Source: a virus (lineage: Duplodnaviria > Heunggongvirae > Uroviricota > Caudoviricetes). From it: a DNA stretch of 34,598 nucleotides. The stretch is from the IMG/VR virus record IMGVR_UViG_2541047807_000005. One strand, given 5' to 3'. The notes beneath the pieces were generated by a model that worked only from the letters and a program-made list of their open reading frames with translations, was not told the DNA's origin and made no database searches. Numbering within the stretch: position 1 is the first letter of the stretch; every line of letters begins with the position of its first letter. This document shows positions 1 to 9,344 of this stretch, piece after piece. A program made the translations under genes and the position numbers.

Positions 1-1038
1 TTACGGGGTAATGCCAACCGCTGCCGCCACTTTGTCGCCACTTGGCAGCGTTGCCAGAGGATTGAAACGGAGCGCCGTTTCCAGATGTGCGTAACGCATA
101 GTCATTTTTATATCGTGGTGTCCGAGAATTTTTTGTAAGGCCAGAATGTTTCCACCCGACATCATGAAGTGCGCCGCAAACGTATGGCGCAGAACGTGTG
201 TGAGTTGACCGCGAGGGAGCACGATAGACGTTTTTTCCATCACGGATAAAAATTGAAAATAGCAGTCTGTGAAGAAATTGAACCCATCAAGCGCCATGAT
301 CTCTTCGTAAAGCTCTTTACTGATAGGGATGCTTCTGTTTTTCTTCCCCTTCGTTCTTACAAAGGTAATTCGGTATTTGGTCACCTGTGAGCGGGTAAGA
401 TTTACGGCTTCACGCCAGCGTGCGCCTGTGCTTAAGCATATCTTAACTACCAGTGCCAGTATTGGGTCCTGACGTTTGCAATCAGCCAGCAATTCAACAA
501 TCTGCTCATGGGTAAGCCATGCCATCTCTTTTTCTGCGATGGTGAATTTTCGCATGTTCTCCAGTGGGTTCGGATACGACCATTCGCCCAGGCGGGATAG
601 TTCGCTAAAAACACTACTTAGATAGCTTTGCTCCAGGTTAACGGTGACCGGGCTTGCTCCTTTTTTCCATTTCTCGCTGAAGTAGATCTCACCTGTCAGG
701 CGTTTATCTCGATAGTGGGCAAACATTTTAGAGGTGAGATCGGTTGCAAGGGGATTGCCCAGAGCGTCAACCATCAGCAGTAATTTGTCATAGACATGCT
801 GCCCAGCAGTCAGAGATTTACCATGTAGTTTGAACCATAGTTCAACCAAGTCTTTCAGTGTTCGACGATCCACTGATTCACCCAGCCAGGGCTTTGCTTC
901 GGTTTCTTCCATCGTGTGACGCTCAAAAGCCAGAGCTTCGCCTTTGGTGGCGAATTGTTTACGCACACGACGCCCACTACGTCCGGCGGGGTAACATTCG
1001 CAAAGCCATTTTCCTGTGGTGAGTTTTCGTACTGCCAT
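1..1038 (-). CDS. int: Tyrosine integrase, P2/186 Int family
   Basis: ORF track (1..1194); N-terminus MAVRKLTTGKW aligns with P2 Int start, so start set at ATG 1038; C-terminal HxxR...Y recombinase region (LRHTFAAHFMMSGGNILALQKILGHHDIKMTMRYAH). Confidence 0.9.
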   Translation of the reverse strand: MAVRKLTTGKWLCECYPAGRSGRRVRKQFATKGEALAFERHTMEETEAKPWLGESVDRRTLKDLVELWFKLHGKSLTAGQHVYDKLLLMVDALGNPLATDLTSKMFAHYRDKRLTGEIYFSEKWKKGASPVTVNLEQSYLSSVFSELSRLGEWSYPNPLENMRKFTIAEKEMAWLTHEQIVELLADCKRQDPILALVVKICLSTGARWREAVNLTRSQVTKYRITFVRTKGKKNRSIPISKELYEEIMALDGFNFFTDCYFQFLSVMEKTSIVLPRGQLTHVLRHTFAAHFMMSGGNILALQKILGHHDIKMTMRYAHLETALRFNPLATLPSGDKVAAAVGITP

Positions 1039-1226
1039 AAAAAATGCCCTCCAGTGGAGAGCATTTTTACTGTATGTATAACCAGTGTCAATGTATGAAA
1101 TCCTGTGACGATACATCTCACTGAAGCCATAATGAAGTTGGCTATTCTTTTTGCTATGTGAGTATGTAAATTTTGCGGCTAACCTGCGGCTCATTTTTAT
1201 TTTAGGCGCAGATATAAAAGCAAAAG

Positions 1227-1418
1227 TTATCGTGAGTTTTTAGTACAGATTTTTTTGGATTTACTAATAGTTCCATCATTGCAAACGAATTTGCCATCTG
1301 AGGTACAGTGAGAAACACCTCCCTTTTTCCCTGAGCAGGGATAATTTCTAGCATAGGTAGTTAGTGGGTTTAATAACAAAGAACATGACAAAACCACAAA
1401 AAATACCTTACCAAGCAT
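1227..1418 (-). CDS. Small predicted secreted Cys-rich protein (63 aa), unknown function
   Basis: ORF with GGAGG RBS about 7 nt upstream; hydrophobic signal-peptide-like N-terminus then 4 Cys; AT-rich; sits between cI and int. Confidence 0.45.
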   Translation of the reverse strand: MLGKVFFVVLSCSLLLNPLTTYARNYPCSGKKGGVSHCTSDGKFVCNDGTISKSKKICTKNSR

Positions 1419-1433
1419 AGTTTCCTCCCGGTA

Positions 1434-2090
1434 CTATTTAACATACTTGACTGTTAAACTTATAATTTTACCAATTATTTCAATGTCTTCTATCTTGCAT
1501 TCGAAGGCTCTGTTTCCACCCTCGACGAAGATTCTTCCACCGGGTAAACGAGTAATGTCACGGATCGTTATTTCGCCATCAATACTTATTATCCATTTAC
1601 CATCACGTATATCATCAAATTCTTTATCACAAATAAATTCAGAATTGTTATCTGTGATGACAAAAGGTTTTTTAAACGTAGAGGGTAGAAATCCCTTATC
1701 AAAAATATAAAAACCGTCTTTCTGCAATGCTCCATCAGACAATAAATATTTTTCTACTTCTATAGTATTTGTATTTGCTGATGCTTGCTTTGAACCATGC
1801 CCTGTTGTTAGCCAATTAAGCGAGGTGCCCGTTTCAAGGGCGCACTGGATTACCCAATCTGCTGGAAAAATATCACGCATATAGCGCGTTGCCATGGTGC
1901 TCTTAGAAACACCTAAATGATCACAGAGAGCCTGACGGGTACCGAACCCATATGCTTCAACTAAACGTTCTATGGCTTTCTTACCGCCGCTATTGAAATC
2001 CACAAGTCCTCCAAAGAAATCCAAAATTCGTTGACAGATTCCAAAAGCGATCTTAAGGTTGAACCAGAAGTGTTCTTTTGGAGCCTTCAC
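1434..2090 (-). CDS. cI: CI-like immunity repressor (186 cI family); start codon uncertain
   Basis: Position divergent from apl/cox and upstream of int; N-terminal HTH-like region (ERLVEAYGFGTRQALCDHLGVSKSTMATRY...ALETG) recalled as similar to 186 CI. Confidence 0.7.
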   Translation of the reverse strand: MKAPKEHFWFNLKIAFGICQRILDFFGGLVDFNSGGKKAIERLVEAYGFGTRQALCDHLGVSKSTMATRYMRDIFPADWVIQCALETGTSLNWLTTGHGSKQASANTNTIEVEKYLLSDGALQKDGFYIFDKGFLPSTFKKPFVITDNNSEFICDKEFDDIRDGKWIISIDGEITIRDITRLPGGRIFVEGGNRAFECKIEDIEIIGKIISLTVKYVK

Positions 2091-2148
2091 TACTAATCAC
2101 GACAAACAACGGCTCGCCACAAGCCATATCTAGAAGGAATGTTGCCTT

Positions 2149-2352
2149 ATGACACCTAACATTTCAATTACTCTGAATACACCACATGTCACAATCGAAC
2201 GTTATAGCGAACTGACTGGCCTTTCTATTGATACGATTAACGACATGTTGGCTGATGGCCGACTACCTCGTCATCGTCTTCGTAAAGACAAAAAACGTGA
2301 AAAGGTAATGATTAACCTGGCTGCTCTGACTGTTGATGCTTTGTCTGCTTAA
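2149..2352 (+). CDS. Apl/Cox-like excisionase and switch regulator
   Basis: Small basic ORF, first gene of the rightward early operon, divergent from cI with ~58 bp between the two start codons. Confidence 0.6.
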   Translation: MTPNISITLNTPHVTIERYSELTGLSIDTINDMLADGRLPRHRLRKDKKREKVMINLAALTVDALSA

Positions 2353-2416
2353 TAGATGTCTATTTTCGCAATAAGACGCTGAGTTCGATTTTGCGATAAG
2401 TTCGGAGTTGAAAACC

Positions 2417-2926
2417 ATGTTTGATTACCAAGTTTCCAAACATCCACATTTTGATGAAGCCTGTCGTGCATTCGCACTGCGCCACAATCTGGTGCAACTG
2501 GCAGAACGTGCTGGCATGAATGTGCAGATTCTGCGGAACAAGCTGAACCCATCTCAACCTCATTTATTAACCGCACCAGAAATCTGGCTGCTTACCGATC
2601 TGACAGAAGATTCAACGCTGGTAGATGGTTTTCTGGCACAGATTCACTGCCTGCCATGTGTACCGATTAATGAGGTTGCAAAAGAGAAACTGCCGCATTA
2701 CGTCATGAGCGCAACTGCAGAGATCGGACGTGTTGCAGCAGGTGCGGTATCTGGTGATGTAAAAACTAGTGCCGGTCGTCGTGATACTATCAGCAGCATT
2801 AACTCTGTAACACGACTGATGGCGCTGGCTGCTGTTTCATTGCAGGCCCGTTTACAGGCTAATCCTGCGATGGCGAGTGCAGTTGATACCGTGACTGGCC
2901 TCGGTGCTTCATTCGGTTTGCTGTGA
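2417..2926 (+). CDS. cII: CII-like transcriptional activator (186 CII family)
   Basis: ATG 2417 with GGAG RBS; 169 aa; N-terminus [19 protein letters not shown] recalled as 186 CII-like. Confidence 0.7.
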   Translation: MFDYQVSKHPHFDEACRAFALRHNLVQLAERAGMNVQILRNKLNPSQPHLLTAPEIWLLTDLTEDSTLVDGFLAQIHCLPCVPINEVAKEKLPHYVMSATAEIGRVAAGAVSGDVKTSAGRRDTISSINSVTRLMALAAVSLQARLQANPAMASAVDTVTGLGASFGLL

Positions 2927-2933
2927 GGTGCTT

Positions 2934-3134
2934 ATGCTGACGAAAGAACCATCATTTGCATCGCTGCTGGTAAATCAAAGCCCGGCAATGCACTACGGTC
3001 ACGGCTGGATCATGGGTGAGGATGGTAAACGCTGGCATCCGTGCCGTTCACAAGATGAATTGCTGGCAGAACTATCTACGAAAAAACGGGGGAACAAATG
3101 GCTATTGAAGGCGCTGCGGCTACTGTTCCATTAA
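2934..3134 (+). CDS. Hypothetical early-region protein (66 aa)
   Basis: ATG 2934 preceded by GAGGTG; position equivalent to 186 fil/dhr region. Confidence 0.45.
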   Translation: MLTKEPSFASLLVNQSPAMHYGHGWIMGEDGKRWHPCRSQDELLAELSTKKRGNKWLLKALRLLFH

Positions 3135-3439
3135 GCCCCGGTGAACGCCTGAATGGACTTAATCACATTGCGGAGTTAAGGGCGAAAGTTTTTGGCCTGA
3201 ATATTGAGTCAGAGCTTGAGCGGTTTATTAAAGATATGCGTGATCCACGGGATATCAATAGCGAACAAAATAAACGGGCACTGGCTGCCATATTCTTTAT
3301 GGCAAAAATTCCAGCTGAACGTCATAGCATCAGCATTAATGAGCTGACCACTGACGAAAAGCGGGAGTTGATTAAAGCAATGAATCATTTTCGTGCAGTG
3401 GTGAGCTTATTTCCCAGACGGCTAACCATGCCGAATTAA
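3098..3439 (+). CDS. Hypothetical early-region protein (113 aa)
   Basis: ORF with GGGGGA RBS; compact operon arrangement. Confidence 0.5.
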   Translation: MAIEGAAATVPLSPGERLNGLNHIAELRAKVFGLNIESELERFIKDMRDPRDINSEQNKRALAAIFFMAKIPAERHSISINELTTDEKRELIKAMNHFRAVVSLFPRRLTMPN

Positions 3440-3506
3440 CCAGCTAATGAAATTAATGGCGTAAACCCGCCGGGCATCCCTTTATCTAAATTCAGGAGAA
3501 TTGATT

Positions 3507-3740
3507 ATGCGTAATATTGAAACCCTCACGACTAAAACCGGACCGGATGACGCAGGGCTTAATATTTTACTGACAGAGGCTCGTCTGGAAGAACGCCGGG
3601 CAAGGGCTGAAGCAATGGCTGCCCGCCTTGATAGTCTTGCGTGTCATATCACATCCCGCCAGCTAAACCACGTCGAAGCGGCAGAACTGCTGCGTGTGAC
3701 CGCTGAAGCAATCCAGAACGAAGCGCAGGAGATCCACTAA
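3507..3740 (+). CDS. Hypothetical early protein (77 aa), possibly DUF2732-like
   Basis: ATG 3507 with AGGAG RBS at 3494-3498; stop overlaps next start. Confidence 0.5.
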   Translation: MRNIETLTTKTGPDDAGLNILLTEARLEERRARAEAMAARLDSLACHITSRQLNHVEAAELLRVTAEAIQNEAQEIH

Positions 3741-3967
3741 TGGCTGATGCAATGGATCTCGTACAGCAGCGCGTTGAAGAAGAACGCCAGCGCCATATCC
3801 GTGCTGCCCGTGCCAAAACACCGGGCGTGTCTCGCGTGCTTTGCATTGAATGTGAAGCGCCAATTCCGCCAGCACGCCGCCGCGCCATTCCAGGAGTGCA
3901 GCTTTGCATTACCTGTCAGGAAATCGCAGAGCTGAAAGGCAAACATTACAACGGAGGTGCTGTATGA
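3740..3967 (+). CDS. TraR/DksA-family C4 zinc-finger protein
   Basis: CxxC...CxxC motif ([25 protein letters not shown]); start overlaps upstream stop. Confidence 0.7.
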   Translation: MADAMDLVQQRVEEERQRHIRAARAKTPGVSRVLCIECEAPIPPARRRAIPGVQLCITCQEIAELKGKHYNGGAV

Positions 3968-4266
3968 CAGGGGCTGTGCGTATCCATCAATTAAAAATTG
4001 CACCTAAGTATTTCAACGCTGTGGTTGCAGGTCAAAAGACGGCTGAACTTCGTAAAGACGATCGTGGCTATAAAGTTGGTGATGTTCTTTCTCTTTGCGA
4101 ATGGAAGCATGGCGTATTTACGGGTAGGGAATGGGCCGCGGTTATCTCTCATGTGCTTCCGGTTAATGACGTCATGGCAGTTACAGAACAATGGGTGATG
4201 CTATCAATTCGCTCATTAACCCCATTAGAAGCTTTAGGATATGTTATTGCAGGAGGTGCTGTATGA
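3964..4266 (+). CDS. ASCH/DUF3850-like domain protein
   Basis: ATG 3964 with GGAGG RBS; motif [30 protein letters not shown] typical of ASCH-like phage proteins. Confidence 0.55.
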   Translation: MTGAVRIHQLKIAPKYFNAVVAGQKTAELRKDDRGYKVGDVLSLCEWKHGVFTGREWAAVISHVLPVNDVMAVTEQWVMLSIRSLTPLEALGYVIAGGAV

Positions 4267-5120
4267 GCACCATCCTGAAATGGGCGGGTAATAAAACCAC
4301 CATTATGTCCGAACTGAAAAAATACCTTCCTGCTGGCACGCGACTGGTTGAACCTTTCGCGGGTTCTTGTGCTGTGATGATGGAGACGGATTACCCCAGC
4401 TATCTGGTTGCGGATATTAATCCTGATTTAATCAACCTCTATAAAAAGGTTGCTGCTGATTGTGAGGCGTTTATATCTCGTGCCAGAGCTTTATTTGAGG
4501 AAGCAAACAGAGAGGTGGCTTATTACAACATAAGGCAGGAGTTTAATTACTCCACTGAAATTACTGATTTCATGAAAGCGGTATATTTTCTGTATCTCAA
4601 TCGTCATGGTTACCGTGGGCTATGTCGCTATAACAAGAGCGGGTATTTCAACATTCCCTACGGTAATTATAAAAATCCGTATTTCCCTGAAAAAGAAATT
4701 CGCGCATTTGCAGAGAAAGCCCAGCGGGCAACGTTTATCTGCGCCAGCTTTGATGAAACGCTGGCGATGTTGAAGGCGGGGGATGTGGTGTATTGCGATC
4801 CGCTTTATGACGGTACGTTTTCCGGCTATCACACTGATGGCTTCACTGAAGATGACCAGTATCACCTGGCATCCGTTCTTGAACATCGATCATCTGAAGG
4901 TCATCCGGTCATTGTTTCTAACAGTGACACATCCCTGATCCGTTCGCTGTATCGCAATTTTACTCACCACTACATCAAGGCAAAACGCAGCATCGGCGTG
5001 GCAGCTGGTGAGAGTAAATCTGCAACAGAAATCATCGCTGTTTCCGGGCCGCGCTGCTGGGTAGGATTTGATCCTTTGCGTGGCGTGGATTGTTCCGTCG
5101 TGTACGGAGTGCGTGCATGA
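4263..5120 (+). CDS. dam: Dam-family DNA N6-adenine methyltransferase
   Basis: N-terminus LKWAGNK...EPFAGSCAV (SAM-binding) and catalytic-motif region VVYCDPLY; ATG 4263 with GGAGG RBS. Confidence 0.85.
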   Translation: MSTILKWAGNKTTIMSELKKYLPAGTRLVEPFAGSCAVMMETDYPSYLVADINPDLINLYKKVAADCEAFISRARALFEEANREVAYYNIRQEFNYSTEITDFMKAVYFLYLNRHGYRGLCRYNKSGYFNIPYGNYKNPYFPEKEIRAFAEKAQRATFICASFDETLAMLKAGDVVYCDPLYDGTFSGYHTDGFTEDDQYHLASVLEHRSSEGHPVIVSNSDTSLIRSLYRNFTHHYIKAKRSIGVAAGESKSATEIIAVSGPRCWVGFDPLRGVDCSVVYGVRA

Positions 5121-7531
5121 GCCATGCTGATATGAACAACTGCAGCGGCTTTAACGAGGTCGCCGCAGCATTCTCATGGAACAGCCCGAAAAAGGCCATT
5201 AACCCTTATCTGGACCCGGCGGAAGTTGCGCCGGTTTCTGCGCTTTCAAACCTGATCACTCTGTACGCTGCCGATAACGAGCAGGAACAACTGCGCCGCG
5301 AGGCACTGAGTGATCAGGTCTGGGAGCGTTATTTCTTTAATGAATCCCGTGATCCTGTCCAACGCGAAATGGAGCAGGATAAGCTAATTAGCCGGGCAAA
5401 GCTGGCGCATGAGCAGCAGCGTTTTAATCCAGACATGGCCATTCTGGCGGACGTCAACGCCCAGCCTTCCCATATCAGCAAGCCGCTGATGCAACGTATT
5501 AAATACTTCAGCAGCCTGGGCAGGCCAAAGGCTTATTCCCGCTATTTGCGTGAGACGATTAAGCCATGCTTGGAACGACTGGAGCATGTACGCGACAGTC
5601 AGCTATCCACTTCTTTTCGCTTTATGGCAAGCCATGAAGGGCTGGACGGCCTGCTGATCCTGCCTGAAATGAGTCAGGATCAGGTGAAACGCCTGTCCAC
5701 CTTGGTAGCTGCGCATATGAGCATGTGCCTTGATACAGCTTGTGGCGATTTGTATGCCACCGATGATGTTACGCCAGAAGAAATCCGCAAGACATGGGAA
5801 AAGGTGGCAGCGGAAACCCTGCGTCTGGATGTTATCCCGCCTGCGTTTGAGCAACTTTGTCGGAAAAGAAACCGCCGTAAACCCGTGCCTTATGAACTCA
5901 TTCCGGGTTCGCTGGCGCGTATGTTATGCGCCGACTGGTGGTATCGGAAATTATGGAAGATGCGTTGCGAATGGAGGGAAGAGCAGTTGCGTGCTGTTTG
6001 CCTGGTCAGCAAAAAAGCATCTCCCTATGTCAGCTATGAAGCCGTGATGCATAAACGTGAGCAGCGCCGTAAGTCGCTGGAGTTTTTCCGTTCTCATGAA
6101 CTGGTGAACGAAGACGGCGACACGCTGGATATGGAAGACGTGGTAAACGCCAGCAGCAGCAACCCTGCGCATCGCCGCAATGAGATGATGGCCTGTGTTA
6201 AAGGTCTGGAGCTTATCGCGGAAATGCGTGGTGACTGCGCCGTTTTCTACACCATCACCTGTCCGTCACGTTTCCATTCCACGCTAAATAACGGCAGGCC
6301 CAACCCGACCTGGACAAATGCGACGGTAAGACAAAGCAGTGATTATCTGGTCGGTATGTTTGCTGCATTTCGTAAGGCGATGCACAAAGCCGGATTACGC
6401 TGGTATGGCGTGCGGGTGGCTGAGCCGCATCATGACGGTACAGTTCACTGGCACCTGTTGTGTTTTATGCGCAAAAAAGATCGCCGCGCCATTACTGCTT
6501 TGTTGCGTAAGTTTGCCATTCGTGAAGACCGCGAGGAGCTGGGTAATAACACGGAACCACGCTTTAAGTCTGAGCTGATAAACCCGCGCAAAGGTACGCC
6601 AACAAGCTACATCGCGAAATACATCAGTAAGAACATTGACGGGCGTGGTCTGGCTGGCGAGATCAGCAAGGAAACGGGTAAATCCCTGCGTGATAACGCC
6701 GAATACGTTAATGCCTGGGCGTCTTTGCATCGTGTTCAGCAATTCCGCTTCTTTGGCATTCCGGGGCGTCAGGCTTACCGTGAACTGCGATTGCTGGCTG
6801 GTCAGGCGGCAAGGCAACAGGGGGACAAAAAAGCAGGTGCGCCGGTACTGGATAACCCGCGCCTTGATGCCATCCTGGCTGCCGCTGATGCTGGCTGTTT
6901 TGCCACCTACATCATGAAGCAGGGCGGCGTACTGGTTCCCCGCAAATATCACCTCATCAGAACCGCTTATGAAATCAACGAAGAGCCGACCGCCTATGGC
7001 GATCACGGTATTCGTATTTATGGCATCTGGTCACCCATTGCAGAGGGCAAGATCTGCACTCATGCGGTGAAGTGGAAAATGGTTCGTAAGGCCGTTGACA
7101 TTCAGGAGGCGGCAGCCGACCAGGGCGCTTGCGCCCCTTGGACTCGTGGCAATAACTGTCCCCTTGCTGAAAATTTGAACCAGCAGGAGAAAGATAAATC
7201 AGCTGATGGGGACACCAGAACGGACATTATCTGCATGGATGACAAGGAGTTGCACGATTATCTGCACAGTATGAGCAAAAAAGATCGCCGGGAACTGGCA
7301 GCAAGGTTACGCCTGGTGAAACCGAAACGGCGTAAAGACTACAAACAGCGAATTACAGACCATCAGCGACAGCAGCTTGTCTATGAACTGAAGTCCAGAG
7401 GATTTGATGGCAGCGAGAAAGAGGTCGAGTTGCTCCTTCGCGGTGGCAGTATTCCGTCAGGAGCAGGCCTGCGTATCTTCTATCGGAACCAGCGTCTGCA
7501 GGAGGATGATAAATGGCGGAACATGTATTAA
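5117..7531 (+). CDS. A: Replication initiation endonuclease gpA (rolling-circle Rep)
   Basis: 804 aa; HUH-like motif VHWHLL and active-site Tyr motif YIAKYISKN; synteny after early operon. Confidence 0.9.
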   Translation: MSHADMNNCSGFNEVAAAFSWNSPKKAINPYLDPAEVAPVSALSNLITLYAADNEQEQLRREALSDQVWERYFFNESRDPVQREMEQDKLISRAKLAHEQQRFNPDMAILADVNAQPSHISKPLMQRIKYFSSLGRPKAYSRYLRETIKPCLERLEHVRDSQLSTSFRFMASHEGLDGLLILPEMSQDQVKRLSTLVAAHMSMCLDTACGDLYATDDVTPEEIRKTWEKVAAETLRLDVIPPAFEQLCRKRNRRKPVPYELIPGSLARMLCADWWYRKLWKMRCEWREEQLRAVCLVSKKASPYVSYEAVMHKREQRRKSLEFFRSHELVNEDGDTLDMEDVVNASSSNPAHRRNEMMACVKGLELIAEMRGDCAVFYTITCPSRFHSTLNNGRPNPTWTNATVRQSSDYLVGMFAAFRKAMHKAGLRWYGVRVAEPHHDGTVHWHLLCFMRKKDRRAITALLRKFAIREDREELGNNTEPRFKSELINPRKGTPTSYIAKYISKNIDGRGLAGEISKETGKSLRDNAEYVNAWASLHRVQQFRFFGIPGRQAYRELRLLAGQAARQQGDKKAGAPVLDNPRLDAILAAADAGCFATYIMKQGGVLVPRKYHLIRTAYEINEEPTAYGDHGIRIYGIWSPIAEGKICTHAVKWKMVRKAVDIQEAAADQGACAPWTRGNNCPLAENLNQQEKDKSADGDTRTDIICMDDKELHDYLHSMSKKDRRELAARLRLVKPKRRKDYKQRITDHQRQQLVYELKSRGFDGSEKEVELLLRGGSIPSGAGLRIFYRNQRLQEDDKWRNMY

Positions 7532-7623
7532 TTACGCTGATTAACAATTCGTGCTCTTAATAATACCAGGCATATCAGGCTGATGAACGTAAAAAAACGT
7601 TTTACATCAGTAAGATTATTATA

Positions 7624-7643
7624 TACTGCAAATATAAACAGTG
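7624..7643 (+). promoter_or_regulatory. Candidate LexA (SOS) operator TACTGCAAATATAAACAGTG
   Basis: CTGC-N8-ACAG, one mismatch to CTGT-N8-ACAG consensus, ~45 bp upstream of the 7685 start; analogous to the LexA-controlled tum promoter of phage 186. Confidence 0.55.
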
Positions 7644-7684
7644 GTTATGTATACAGTATTGCTTGTGGTGTCATAGGAGGAAAA

Positions 7685-7873
7685 ATGCAGGACTATTTTT
7701 TGGAGTCTTTAAAGCTCCAGCGCATTGATTTTTTTCTTAAGCTTGTAGCGGCTAGTGAGTGTAGTGATGAAGAGAAGGGGCTGGCTTTGCAGTGGGTTTC
7801 TGAACTAACAGATGAACTCATGGCAAAAATCAGAACCCACGAATACAACCGCTCAATGGATGTCATCAGTTGA
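7685..7873 (+). CDS. Small protein (62 aa), possible Tum-like SOS-induced antirepressor
   Basis: ATG 7685 with strong AGGAGG RBS (7675-7680); downstream of LexA-box-like site; position after gene A as in 186 tum. Confidence 0.45.
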   Translation: MQDYFLESLKLQRIDFFLKLVAASECSDEEKGLALQWVSELTDELMAKIRTHEYNRSMDVIS

Positions 7874-7883
7874 GGTGACTTTT

Positions 7884-8117
7884 ATGCGCATTGAAATAAT
7901 GATCGATAAAGAGCAGAAGATTAGCCAGTCTATCCTGGACGCCCTTGAATCCGAGCTTTACCGCAATCTGCGCCCCCTGTATCCAAAAACGGTAATTCGT
8001 ATCCGCAAAGGTAGCTCTAACGGTGTGGAACTGACCGGACTGCAACTGGACGAAGAAAGAAAACAAGTGATGAAAATTATGCAGAAGGTGTGGGAAGACG
8101 ACAGCTGGCTGCATTAG
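7884..8117 (+). CDS. DinI-like protein
   Basis: 77 aa, MRIEIMIDKEQ...KVWEDDSWLH resembles DinI family; GAGGTGA RBS. Confidence 0.8.
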   Translation: MRIEIMIDKEQKISQSILDALESELYRNLRPLYPKTVIRIRKGSSNGVELTGLQLDEERKQVMKIMQKVWEDDSWLH

Positions 8118-8245
8118 AGAACGTTGCGGATGATAAAACTAGCTTTTACCATCTGCAAGGCTGAACAACGATTGTAGCGAGGTGTTAGGTGGTTCAAAAG
8201 TAAAGCGGTTATTTTGCCCGTAAAAGTGAACCACCTGTATCTTGA

Positions 8246-8986
8246 TCAGTTTTCTTTGAATTTTTCACTTAATCGTTTCGTCAATACTTCGACAGATTCT
8301 TTGCGACCGGAGAACAAGTCATTGACGACGTACTCCATAATCTCAAAAGCATCCTCAATGTCTTTGACTTTTACTTCATCGTAGGTATGGCTTCCGGCAT
8401 TTCCTAAAAATTTAATTGCCATAAGAGGTCTTGAAAACGATCCGTATAATTCAGGTAGCATCCCTAAACGGTGGTGTAGAGTTATGCGTTTGCCATTATC
8501 ATTACGTTCAGCTACATCCATAGCGGTTAGCATTCTTTCAACTGAAATTCGAATTAGGTTTGCTGCTGCGCCAGGCTGTATTAGGAAAATGGAAAATGAG
8601 GCTTCAAGCGGTTCGGTAATTTCTTCTGGGCATTTTTCAGGTATTTCGAAAGGATGCAGTGATGGGTAAAAGGTGAAAGGTCTGTGCCATTGATAGTACT
8701 CAATATCATTTCTTTCTTCATCCCAACCTTGTTCCCATCCACTCTTACCAGTACAGGCCACAACTTCACCACATTGCATTCTTGAACAGCGGGCCATGCA
8801 ACTGAAAATAGATGAATCCATTTCTAGTTCAAACCAATCTTCACTGCGGAATTTTCGGGTATCATGTGTGTCATACGAGACGAAACTTTCTTTAATGATC
8901 TGTAGGGTTTTCTGATTGCAGTTAGGGCAGGGCCACTCAACCTGCATATCGTGGAAAAACGCACCAGAGAGCTTGTGCACAGTCAT
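8246..8986 (-). CDS. Hypothetical Cys-rich protein (246 aa) at the tin/old accessory position; candidate defence gene
   Basis: ORF with GAGGAA RBS; N-terminal CPNC...C-x3-C-x4-C-x5-C cluster; AT-rich versus phage core; opposite strand to gene A. Confidence 0.6.
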   Translation of the reverse strand: MTVHKLSGAFFHDMQVEWPCPNCNQKTLQIIKESFVSYDTHDTRKFRSEDWFELEMDSSIFSCMARCSRMQCGEVVACTGKSGWEQGWDEERNDIEYYQWHRPFTFYPSLHPFEIPEKCPEEITEPLEASFSIFLIQPGAAANLIRISVERMLTAMDVAERNDNGKRITLHHRLGMLPELYGSFSRPLMAIKFLGNAGSHTYDEVKVKDIEDAFEIMEYVVNDLFSGRKESVEVLTKRLSEKFKEN

Positions 8987-9187
8987 TCTTTGTGTTCCTC
9001 ATTTTTATGATTGGTAGGGATTGTATCTTCATACACGATTACAGTTGCATTAAAGATAAGCCATAGCAAGCTACTGGAAAAGAGACGAAACAGCTGGGCA
9101 TATCAGATGTTTTTTCTTAAGGTAAGTTGTTGTGCATGCCTATACTGCATGAGATTGCATGATCGTTTGAGGATCGTTATTGCTAAG

Positions 9188-9212
9188 GCCCACCAGAACT
9201 GGCGGGCTTTTG
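9188..9212 (+). terminator. Terminator-like hairpin (GCCCACCAG-aa-CTGGCGGGC then TTTT)
   Basis: 9-bp GC-rich stem with one mismatch followed by T run, inside the cos-containing intergenic region. Confidence 0.35.
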
Positions 9213-9256
9213 CGTAGAGCATGCAGGTGCATGAAAACAACTACATAAAGCGGGCA

Positions 9257-9275
9257 GGCGTGGCGGGGATACGAT
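9257..9275. other. Candidate cos cohesive-end sequence GGCGTGGCGGGGATACGAT
   Basis: Matches the 19-nt P2/186 cohesive end as I recall it (GGCG[A/T]GGCGGGGAAAGCA[C/T]) at about 14 to 16 of 19 positions; located upstream of portal Q as expected. Confidence 0.5.
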
Positions 9276-9344
9276 TGCGCGCAGAAGATTATTATTGGTA
9301 CACTGTCGGTGACTCTCTACGCAGATCTTACACATTAATTTCTA

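Noticed and set aside
6395-7006. 203-aa ORF on minus strand inside replication gene A
   Set aside because: Antisense to a well-supported 804-aa gene; no RBS; typical spurious ORF in GC-rich coding DNA.
7645-7660. Possible second LexA half-site (TATACAGTA) next to the first LexA-like box
   Set aside because: Left half does not match CTGT at the correct spacing; only a half-site, so not called.
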